Assembly (NCBI RefSeq): GCF_002113885.1
Contig: NW_018480063.1
Location: 97,709-160,921 of the forward strand
DNA from: Mizuhopecten yessoensis
Lineage: Eukaryota
Length of the DNA: 63,213 nucleotides
Direction: 5' to 3'
The position numbers were made by a program, and so were the translations under genes. The notes beneath the pieces were generated by a model. The model had not been told where the DNA came from and made no database searches. It saw only the letters and a program-made list of their open reading frames with translations. The first letter of the stretch is position 1. Each line of letters begins with the position of its first letter. Below are positions 11,371 to 22,156 of the stretch, in pieces.

Positions 11371-13219
11371 TAGATATACTCATTTAACATGTTTTAGTTT
11401 TATTTGTTTTTAATTGTTGTTTAGTTGATATTTAATGTGATATGTGAGTGGGGCACAGAGTAGGAGACTCCAGACCTCCTGGAATCTCAGTATATACCAC
11501 TGTATTGGCGGACGAGTAGCAGTCCACCCTGGTATAGCCACCCTGTGTATCCTTGGGACTTACAGGCTTTATGGTTATGAACGGTTGTTACATAAATATA
11601 TTTGTGTTATAAGTCTCAGTTTCATTTTGAAGTTTAATTATTTGTTTCGTAGTGGTAGGCCGAGCTCGATATATATACTACAAGAAGTAGGTACCTCGCT
11701 TATCGACTACTGCATGCGGCCTGGTATTACGACTTTTGGTGCATCTATATCTGTTAAAGGTACGCAAAGCTGTGTGGACCCAAGAGGTACATATAGAACA
11801 CTCTATGCAGGGGGATTCTCAAACTTCCTTACAAATTGCACATGGATATTCTTCTTGGTCCAGGGTGAGATGGTGTGTGCTTGGAGTTTCAACTTAATGT
11901 GCTTAAGATGGTCTAAAACAGTCTTCCTTTTAAGACTTTTTATGTGTTAACAGGTGGTAATGACAGTGCAAATAACAACTGACATCTTATAACAGAACAA
12001 TATAGGTAGATACAGTAAGTGTTTATCATTGTAATAATACTCCAAATAACAGTGATTTCTAATTATTAATTCTGAAACAATTGTATCAGCCCCTCAGATT
12101 GCCAGGCATTGTCAGGATATTATTGTGAACACATTTTGTAGTGATATTGTAAGCTTAGAGGGGAATGGTGGGGATTGACTTTTGTGGCTTCCTGCCGAAT
12201 GTCAAAATCTTACCACCTGTTGGTGATGATTTAACACCTTTCGGCTACACAGGTATACAAACTGAAAGAATTGGAGTATGACGGCTACCTCATGTTAAGG
12301 CAAATAAAATTGTTGACATATTGTATTGGTTAATGAAAATATTTTTGAATTCAGAAATTAATAGAGAACAAGTCTAATGCACTTTTTAATTGTATAAAGA
12401 GGGGCATTTTCTTAAATCGATTGTAAGTATGTTTAAATGCGAGTGAATAATCAGTATAGGAATTCTCATGTTTCACTGTAGCATGGCATTAACAGATTTT
12501 ATTTCGTGTAAAATACACACTATTCAATACCATCTTAATTCTAATAAAGCAAACATTTTTACAAAAAAATAGTTACTGCCAATGACCCACTAACAACACA
12601 CAAAAAATCAAGCATTTCGAATAATTTAAGTCTTACAGCCCATTTCATTATTATCCCAGTGATATTCCTTCTACATTTGCATTGTTACTTATATATATAA
12701 GTCAATTATAGTTTTTATTTTAAACTATATTTATCGAGAAATAACATAGTACATTAAATATGACTATACAAAAGGCAAGAAAATTTGGTAAAAAGGTTAG
12801 GCTTGTGTCAAAATATTTACTAATTAATGATGGGCATAGATATATAGTGATAATGTTTATACAGATTGAGGAATGATTATGTTCGATATTAATGTGATTG
12901 TCTGTGTACTGACCTTTGTTTAGGAAATACATGCTATTATATGTATATATGCTATATGTATTGTATGCATGCTATGATTTGCTATGTTATGCCTAGTGTG
13001 TATGCTTTGTATATGTGTATTTGCTTCAAAATGCATCCATCTATCCAGTTGGTCTGTCATCATAAAATATGGTTGCTTCTCACCTAGCCAACATTTGAAA
13101 AATACCCAGTGTCACCTGGCCAACATTTCAATCTTTACAACCTGAGTGAACCTCAGTTATAGTCTGTTTCAGATATACTAATCTCTATTATAATTTTTCT
13201 ATGTATACAGGTACAGGTA

Positions 13220-14009
13220 GATTTTAGGTAGCTGAAGTAGCTGCCCGAAACGCGATAAATGCTGTGTTCCCACTTACGACAGTGAAAGCCTGTTTTTTTC
13301 ATTACACGCAATGCATTTGGAGAAAGACACAGGGATGTGGGTTAGCTGCGCGTTACAAACAGGACGATGAACTGAGAAAGTTGGTAAGTGTAATTATCTA
13401 ACATTAGTCATAAAAGTTCCACCTTCCCGCTTTTCTCGAAAATTACATCAAATCTAAACAGATCGCAGCCTCTATAATAATTATATAGTTCAAATTCTTC
13501 TAATTTCAAAAATGTATTGCATGTATGTTTTCCATTCCGTAAAGGTAAGAAGAGCTGCTGTCCTACCCTTGGTTCCGACCCGACAAGTGGAAGACGTTTG
13601 GTTCAATGCTCTTGATGAAAATGAGGACAACAGCCCAGAGGTTACCCGTTTCAAGGACTATGTCACAGAAACGTGGGTGGAAGGACAGCAGCTGGACCTG
13701 TGGAACCACTATGACAACACAGGGCCTCGTACAGCTAATCATGTAGAAGGATGGCACATTAAAGTGAACAGGATGTGCAAGCATGCACACCCGAACATTT
13801 ATGCGATTGTGAAGTTGCTCCAGAAATTACAGGCTGCTGACGAGGTTAGGGTGATTCAACTGTCTGCTGGAGGAAAATCACGACCAAGAAAGAAGAAGTA
13901 TCGACGTTTGGATGAGCGCCTTACTCAGCTCAAGGATAGGTTCCAGAACGGACATATTAAGGTGTACACGTATGCTGATTCAGCATCCCACTTACTCCAT
14001 TTAGACTGA
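13220..14009 (+). pseudogene. MULE transposase, C-terminal part (2 exons)
   Basis: AARNAINAVFP...KACFFHYTQCIWRK (13230-13383) splices to VRRAAVLPLVP...GPRTANHVEGWH...HPNIY. These are the MULE CxxH and catalytic-E motifs. The N-terminal half is absent. Confidence 0.8.
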
Positions 14010-14171
14010 GATAGTGTATGATATGGTCAACACGTGTAGTTGATTCAGCATCTCAAAAACTGTTTAGCTCAGGTCTTCAAGATTGACCCAAAATTTTAGT
14101 GCTTTATATATGTAATATTTATATGTATTAATTGTCTTTTAGAGGTACATGCATTTTTTTAAGCCATAATA

Positions 14172-14385
14172 GTTCTTGAAATATGTATTTTTTATGTGCA
14201 ATATGTTTTTGACTTTTTACAGATGTATCTCTCTTTGGATTAATATGCTTTTTATATAAGAACATGTTTTATTGCCTTTAGTTCTTGAAATATGTATTTT
14301 TTATGTGCAATAGGTTTTTGACTTTTTACAGATGTATATCTCTTTGGATTAATATGCTTTTTATATAAGAATATGTTTTAGTGCC
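14172..14385. repeat. Tandem duplication, 2 x ~108 bp, inside the MULE
   Basis: GTTCTTGAAATATGTATTTTTTATGTGC...TATAAGAA occurs twice. Confidence 0.8.
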
Positions 14386-17178
14386 AAATATTGCTTTTAA
14401 ATACTTGCTGTACTTTAATATCTATATTACCTATACTTGTTATAGGTAATGTATTTCATAGTATTTATGTTAGAATGTTAGGTAAATAAATAAATGATCA
14501 GTAACATATTATATAGTCTCAAGTTATCTACTTTTATGAGTTTGACTATAGCGATTACCTGTAATTAAGGCTATTGTTCTGCACTCAACACTAGTCTCAC
14601 CTGGCCAACATGAAAATCTTACCTGTAGGTAACAAAAATACCAAATGTTGGCTAGGTGAGAAGACACCTAAAATATATCTTAAGATTGACCTCCTGTTAC
14701 ACACGATATGTGTGTCTGGAGTGAATAAATAATCGTGAAATCTTGAAGTCTTGGAAATACATAAAATACCATCAATAATTATATGTGGAAAAACAGCGTG
14801 CCAAATAATTTCATTAGTTTTATTATTGATTAATGATTATAAATTATGACAAACAAATAAAACTTGTATTCAAATTGAGGCACAATGTGCCACTGCAAGC
14901 AAGGTTATTATATGACAAAGGTTGTAATGGAGCAAAAGGGGGTTAAGAATATTTATAACTTTAAACCAGATAGCTATATTTACCACTTTAAGCCTGTCAG
15001 CAATCAAATCATAAAGTACTTCAAGAGATTCACACCACTGTGACAAATTGACACAGCGGGGGTTCAACCTGCACTGTGAGGGGGAAGGGAGGATCATATA
15101 TAATAAATTGATGTGAGGTCAATTAATGATAATTTGAACACTGACAAATCAGCATTGTATTTTGTGTATATAATATAATGAACAATGTGGAATATGTGCT
15201 ATGTATCAATGATGCATGGTTATGCTTATGCAAGCAATATTTTGTACTTCAACTACAGAGTAACTGAGTTAGATATTATTTATTTTGTATTTCTATGACT
15301 AAACATTATTGGAAAATTATTGCAGTGTTTTTACTTGTTTAAAAAAAAAACTTTATTGATATAACATCATCAGAGAGGGAAAAAATAAGCAATGAACAAT
15401 GTATTTAATTACAGTGTTATGAGATTATAATTTTATTTAATTTTTTTAAAAAAAAACGACAAAAGTTTATGCATACGGATTTTCTAAACCCGGTTCCATT
15501 TTTATATATTACTACCGCCTCAACTTTGGCGAAGGCATGGGTTGGTATAAATATTTAGATTGTGATCAATATAGCGTAATATTATATTTTTAAATGTCAC
15601 TTTAAGTTTTGAAAGGTATTATTCTAAGTACCTGTTGTTACAAATCATCTGATTAATATCTTGTACCAAAGTAAACATCCCTTTTCGTGACCCCATCGGC
15701 GGCGGAAATCCGTGAATCCGCAACGGTACGTCAAATAGACACTTTAAAGTGGATTTGTACTCGAATGTGGCCGTAAATTGTCTTTATATTAAACGGCACT
15801 GATAAAAATATGGTTATGAATAAATAAAAGGGTGCTCTTGGGGGGTAATATTTTATATAAATTAGTGTACAGACAAAACATAATTTTGTTTGGGGTGGTT
15901 TTCGAAATTATTAATTATTTTTATTATTTTACATGTATTTTTGACATATGCGTTAGGTAACGCAAGTGTCTAGGGGATTGCTTATACTACGAAATTTGTT
16001 TAATGTGGAACTGCATTTTCTACACACACGCCATGAATGACTTTATATGGTATTTCTGTCCTTATATGGTAGCTGATATCTCCTTATATGGATTTCATTC
16101 ATTCACATTTCATTCATATGCAAATATTTTTGGCAGCGACCCCTAGCATTTTCATTCATACCGTAGTGACGCCATTTTGTGGTTCGCCAACTTATAGTCA
16201 GAGAAAGCATTCACTTCGATACTTTCTTAACTAGCCATATGTATGTGAAAAATACAACAATGCGTGTATATTGTGAGTATACAATGAATAAAAAATATTC
16301 TGATTGATGTTTTGACGATGCTGTGCTTGCTGAAATTGTGCTTCCCAAACTCTTCCTCGAAGCGGATGGTTTCCTCTGACCTACTTACTGTAGTGTTCCT
16401 CCTAACTACAGTGCACAGTTCCTGTCACAATGTTTGGGTCACTAACATTTTCTTTTTATCACACCAATTACCACTGCAAATAAGCCTGAAATTAAACCAC
16501 TTGATAAGACTATTCTTTCCGGCAGAATTAAGAAACTCTCTCCAACGTGCTCTGTCCATTTCAGTATATAGTCACAGAATAAATCGACAGTACCAATACA
16601 TTAACACAAAAGAACTGTAAAGCTAACCATGCTTTGATAACTTTAGCTACTAGTCAAACTGTAGCCGAAGGTCACCGCCGCGGTTTACCTATATTTCTGC
16701 AAAACCTTATCTCCCTTAGTAGAAGATTGGACTAACCTAATCAGCCGGATTTGAATGAAGTCGGTCTACGATATTTGTAGGGTCGAACCATATTTGTGAG
16801 TTAGCACAAAGCTTTATCTCCCTCAGATGTAATATTACTCACCCAATCAGTCAGATTTTAGATGATTTTGTGCCGCTTTTGTAACACAAGTAAAATTAAA
16901 CGAAGTACTAGTAGAGACGTATATATTGTAATATATACGTATTTGGTAATACACATAATATTTGATAATATCAAATATATATGAACTGTTTACAGATAGT
17001 GAACGGCAAAAGATGGAGTGCGATATTTACTCTGTCAAACATGAACATCACAAGATATTTTATCAGTACTAACACGGACTTAGATCTAATTCCGTGGTAC
17101 TAATGAAACATGAAAGGGTGTGTTCAAGACAGGGATTGAAGACATGTTTGTTAAAAACTTGATACACATTTATTCAAT

Positions 17179-19767
17179 TTGATAACGCAAGCCAACATAA
17201 TTGAAGTTATTAATATAGACGACAATATAAGTGACCACAATGCTGTTTTTACAATAATTGAAGTACCGAAACAAACCCAAACAGTTTTCAAACGAAAGGT
17301 ATGGCTATATGACAAAACAGACATCGAAAAGCTTAAACATTTTATCACAAATATATCATGGGTAAACCAATTTAATATGTTTAATGACGTTAATGACATG
17401 TGTGATTTTCTGACAACCACTATACTTAACGCTGTAGATATATGCATACCATCTAAATATGTGCAGATTAGACAACATGACAAACCCTGGATCAATAATA
17501 TTGTCAGAAGACAAATACGTAATAGAAATCGATTAAAAAAGATACTTATAAATAATAATAATGATTTTAATAGGACGAAATTTAAACAATCAAGAAATAA
17601 AACAAATAATATGATAAAACGAGCAAAAGAACTTTTCTACGAAAATATCGACTCTATCATAGTCAAAAATAAATCTAACCCCAAAACATATTGGAAATTG
17701 TTAAGGTTTGTACTGAAAGGAAGCAAAACTACTGATATATCACCACTTTTTGATGACAATGCTAACGAATTCACGAATGATAATAACCATAAATGTGAAC
17801 TTCTTAATAACTATTTTTCTTCAGTATCCAGTCATTCCGAAGTAGACCAAAACAAACCTATTCCCATTTTAGAAAAACGAACAGACTCTCTTTTGTCCGA
17901 AATTCATATTATACCTTCTGAAATAGTTGATATTATTAACATACTAGATGTAAATAAGGCAACAGGGCCTGACGGAATCAGTCATCGAATGTTAAAACTT
18001 GTAGCAAATGAAATTGCCATTCCCCTTTCCCTCATTTTTAATCACTCCTTAAACAATGGTATATATCCCGATAAATGGAAATTAGCAAACGTCATGCCGA
18101 TCTTTAAGTCTGGCGACGCTCATAATGCTTCGAATTATAGACCAATATCATTATTAAGCTGTGTTGGAAAAATTTTTGAACGTGTAGTCTATAAACATAT
18201 TTACAACTTTTTTAACTCTAATTATCTTATTTACAAACTTCAGTCTGGATTCTTACCCAATCATTCTTGTACGCATCAACTCATTGAAATGTACCATTCT
18301 ATGATGTTAGCATTAGAAAACTATGAACATATAGCTTTTACTTTTTGTGATTTTTCAAAGGCCTTCGATCGAGTTTGGCATAGAGGGCTTTTATACAAAC
18401 TTCAACAACATGGTATTTCAGGCAGTCTTCTTAATTGGATAACAAACTATCTTTTTGAGCGTAAGCAATCCGTCTTTATTCACGATTCCCATTCTTCTGT
18501 AAGAAATATAAACGCCGGTGTTCCCCAAGGTTCAGTGTTAGGCCCTTTATTCTTCTTGATTTATATTAACGACATTTCAACCGAACTCTCCTCATTATCT
18601 CGTCTTTTTGCTGACGATACGTCGCTTTCATACTCATCACCAAACCTAGAAAATATTGTAAGTGAAGTAAATAAAGACCTAAAAACTCTAGAGAAATGGT
18701 CTAAAAATTGGCTGATGTCTTTCAATCCTAAAAAAACCGAAATCATGATTGTTTCTAATACAAATCTACCCTTTCAACCCCAATTTATTTTTAACGATAC
18801 TTCTATCCTTTTAACAGATAGCCACAAACACCTTGGAGTTATACTAAGTAGCGACGGTAAATGGAATAAACATGTAGACGAACTTATCAAAAAAGTGGCT
18901 AAATATATAGCAACCCTTCGTAAAATGAAATGGTTACTCAGTAGAAATAACCTTGAAAAACTATATTTAACGTACATTCGACCATTATTAGAATATGCAT
19001 GTGAAGTCTGGGACAATTGTGGAATGACAAATTCATCAAAACTTGAAAATATTCAGATAGATGCTGCACGAATTGTTACAGGACTACCTATTTACACAAA
19101 AATTGAACATATATTTAATGAAATTGGCTGGGTTCCACTAAGTAATAGAAGGAAAAACAGAAAATTGTCCCTATTCTTTACAATTAAAAACGGTACAGCT
19201 CCTAATTATTTGTGTGACACCTTACCAGATAGCATTGGGGATATTTCTCGTTATAACCTAAGAAATTCCCAACATTTAAGACAACCAAACTTTAGGCTTG
19301 AAACAATGCGCAATTCTTTTTTCCCATCAACTACAAAAATGTGGAATGACCTAGATATATCTATAAGGAATTCGGCTTCTCTCAGTTCATTTAAATCAAA
19401 TATAAAATCAAAAGGTAAACCACAAAATAAATGCTTTCTGGTATGGGGTTCCCGTAAATCAAATATACTTCATTGCCGTTTGAGAAATCGTGCGAGCTCC
19501 CTTAACTATGACCTATTTAGAGCAAATTTATCAAATACAGCTGAATGTGCATGCGGTAATCCATGTGAAGACTCTTATCACTTCCTTTGTGTCTGTCCCT
19601 TATACACCCAGCATCGTAATCTATTAATAAGAGAGCTTCAACCTGTTCGTGATGATTTAACTTTAGACTTGCTCCTATATGGCGATCCTAAATTCAGCAT
19701 TAATGTAAATACCTCAATTGCAAAATCTGTCCAAAATTATATCAGCAAATGCAACAGGTTTGACTGA
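17179..19767 (+). CDS. LINE ORF2: end of APE endonuclease + reverse transcriptase + C-terminal Cys/His region
   Basis: Motifs ISDHNAV (APE end), KATGPDGI, NYRPISLLS, DFSKAFDRVWH, GVPQGSVLGPLFF, LFADDT and CACG...HFLCVCP. 862 uninterrupted codons. The start is a truncation point, not a true initiator. Confidence 0.9.
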   Translation: MITQANIIEVINIDDNISDHNAVFTIIEVPKQTQTVFKRKVWLYDKTDIEKLKHFITNISWVNQFNMFNDVNDMCDFLTTTILNAVDICIPSKYVQIRQHDKPWINNIVRRQIRNRNRLKKILINNNNDFNRTKFKQSRNKTNNMIKRAKELFYENIDSIIVKNKSNPKTYWKLLRFVLKGSKTTDISPLFDDNANEFTNDNNHKCELLNNYFSSVSSHSEVDQNKPIPILEKRTDSLLSEIHIIPSEIVDIINILDVNKATGPDGISHRMLKLVANEIAIPLSLIFNHSLNNGIYPDKWKLANVMPIFKSGDAHNASNYRPISLLSCVGKIFERVVYKHIYNFFNSNYLIYKLQSGFLPNHSCTHQLIEMYHSMMLALENYEHIAFTFCDFSKAFDRVWHRGLLYKLQQHGISGSLLNWITNYLFERKQSVFIHDSHSSVRNINAGVPQGSVLGPLFFLIYINDISTELSSLSRLFADDTSLSYSSPNLENIVSEVNKDLKTLEKWSKNWLMSFNPKKTEIMIVSNTNLPFQPQFIFNDTSILLTDSHKHLGVILSSDGKWNKHVDELIKKVAKYIATLRKMKWLLSRNNLEKLYLTYIRPLLEYACEVWDNCGMTNSSKLENIQIDAARIVTGLPIYTKIEHIFNEIGWVPLSNRRKNRKLSLFFTIKNGTAPNYLCDTLPDSIGDISRYNLRNSQHLRQPNFRLETMRNSFFPSTTKMWNDLDISIRNSASLSSFKSNIKSKGKPQNKCFLVWGSRKSNILHCRLRNRASSLNYDLFRANLSNTAECACGNPCEDSYHFLCVCPLYTQHRNLLIRELQPVRDDLTLDLLLYGDPKFSINVNTSIAKSVQNYISKCNRFD

Positions 19768-20103
19768 ATGTGATCATCTTTCTCTCTCTATCACTCTTTT
19801 TTTTCTCCGACTCTACCTGTGTTACTATCATTTACTTCATTACTCTATCCGTCTTTTCTTCCACTCTATTTTTCATCTACTCTATCTGTGTTACTATCCT
19901 TTACTTCGTTTCGCTCTCCTTCTTTTCTTCGTCTCTATTTTCCATTTCCATATAAAAACATAATTAATGTATATTGCGTAAATTACCTTATCAAGTTATT
20001 GTTTATACTCATGTATTTGAAGAAAAGGACTTTGATAAGTTGGTAAAACTTGTGTCCAATTCTTTTGTAAATATGTATTTGCAATAAAATATGTTTAAAT
20101 CAA
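17179..20103 (+). mobile_element. CR1/L2-clade non-LTR retrotransposon, 5'-truncated
   Basis: An ORF2-type reading frame is followed by a pyrimidine-rich 3' UTR ending GCAATAAAATATGTTTAAAT. Confidence 0.85.
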
Positions 20104-20945
20104 ACGCAGTGTTTCTATATTTACTGTTTTTATGTTTTTATAAATATATCCTTGCTATATTATAGGAGTTTTTTGTGTACTAGAGTGGAACCTACTTATT
20201 ATGATGTCGCTTATTATAATTCTTTTCCTATGTACCGATTTTATCCTATAACTAAGCAAAACAAATTGTTATAATGATAGGGTCAAAGGTTGGATCCCGT
20301 TATTACACTATTATTTTCTGCCGTGAATGGATTTTACAAGATAAAAAAACTGAGGTAAGTTGGCGGTGTTTGACACCAGGATATTTGAACAATAGGTCGA
20401 GCTAACTGTACATCGCCCGAGGTGACCATGCAACTGGCCACTCCGGGGAACATTTTCACACCTCGCTTCACCCCCGTCGGTGGAAAACAATAGATCGACC
20501 ATCGCTTTCTAGTCATAACAAAACATGTGTGGTAGTCAATTGCTATCTAAATTACACTGTAGGACTGTGTATGAAATGAAAATGATTATTCCAATCTGAT
20601 TAAAATCATCTCTTACATGGCTCCGTTAACCTACCGACATTTTCTGACACAAATTTTGATAAATAAACGAGCATGCCTTCCATTAATATTGACGGTTGCT
20701 TTGACACGTCATGTGAGGAAATCATGCCGATTCAATGAAAATATTACTCCAGAAGGAAGCTTAAGCCGTATGTTTTTAATCATTTAAGCAATGGTTTCTC
20801 TAATCTCTATTGCATTACAAGTTGATTTCCCCGTGTCTACGTTGAAAAGTGTCAAAATCGGGGCATGCCGTCCTAACACCATGGTGCCGGAAATCGATCC
20901 AAAGTAAACGTTATTGTCGTAAACAACTGACGACTACTGCTATAT

Positions 20946-21871
20946 TTACAATATCTTATATAAGGATATAAGATATCATATATACTATATAAGATATCTT
21001 ATATATATCACATATAAGATATCTCATTTAATTTTCTATATAAGATATCTTATATCACATATAAGATATCTCATTTAATTTTCTATATAAGATATCTCAT
21101 ATAATATATAAGATATCTCATATAGCTATATAAGATATCTTATATAATTGAAATCTCGTTGCTATATAAGATATCTCATATAGAATGAGATTTCGTGGCA
21201 TTAAAAACCAGAAACTAATTTCTCCCTCGAGAATCATTCGGAGCACATTCAGGATTGCATTGGGCGCAATGGCGGAGAGGGATGGTACGGATGCTGTATT
21301 TTCCCTAGGCCTAGCTCGCCTTGTCTCTCTTATAGCGGCCAAAGCAGAGGCTGCCATTTCCCGCACTCTTGAAGTGGGCTCAGACATAATGGCGGCGACA
21401 GGAACACGTGTTGTTACAACAAGCCTACTGTCCCTACGTAGATCCTCGAGATATTCCGGACGGGGAGACTTCATTTTCGACATTTTGTTAAAATCTCGTT
21501 CCTATATAAGATATCTTATTTAGTAACGAGACTTTAATTATATAAGATATCTTATATAGCTATATGAGATATCTTATATATTATATAAGATATCTTATAT
21601 AGAAAATTAAATGAGATATCTTATATACGATATAAGATATCTTATATATCATATAAGATATCTTATATAGCATCTCATTTAATTTCTATATAAGATATCT
21701 CATATACTATATAAGATATCTCATATACTATATGAGATATCTTATATACGATATAAGATATCGTATATAGTATATAAGATATATCATATGCTATATAAGA
21801 TATCTTATATAATTCGATGAAATACAGGATCGACATTGCTCCTTGAATAAATGTTAAGTTGGCTTGCCATA
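20946..21871. mobile_element. Palindromic non-autonomous DNA transposon, IS3EU-like
   Basis: Inverted arms built from ATAAGATATCT(C/T)AT units flank a GC-rich ~300-bp core. The right terminus ...TTGGCTTGCCATA (5'-TATGG) fits IS3EU TAY..RTA termini. The left terminus was not found. Confidence 0.5.
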
Positions 21872-22156
21872 GTACTTGTTGTTGTTCCTCGGAGGGAAAA
21901 TACATTTCAAACTATTGCCAACACAGACATTATATAAGAGTAAATATCCGTTCACATTATTTTCAGGAAATTTAAATGATGTTTATCCTGTGTCTCAACT
22001 GACTGTTTTGTGGTCGTTTTTTCCTAAAATGTTATATACACGTACATGTATATAGGAATTTTCGACTAAACAGGAAGTGACGCAATTTTTGTCATGCGCA
22101 TGAAATTGGTTTGCAAGAACCATTAATAAAATCGTAATGCCTGACCAAACATCGTA

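Larger units (their letters stand above)
13071..14668 (+). mobile_element. MULE/Mutator-like DNA transposon, internally deleted
   Basis: TIRs GGTTGCTTCTCACCTAGCCAACATTTG and CAAATGTTGGCTAGGTGAGAAGACACC. Identical 8-bp flanks TAAAATAT at 13063-13070 and 14669-14676. Confidence 0.85.
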
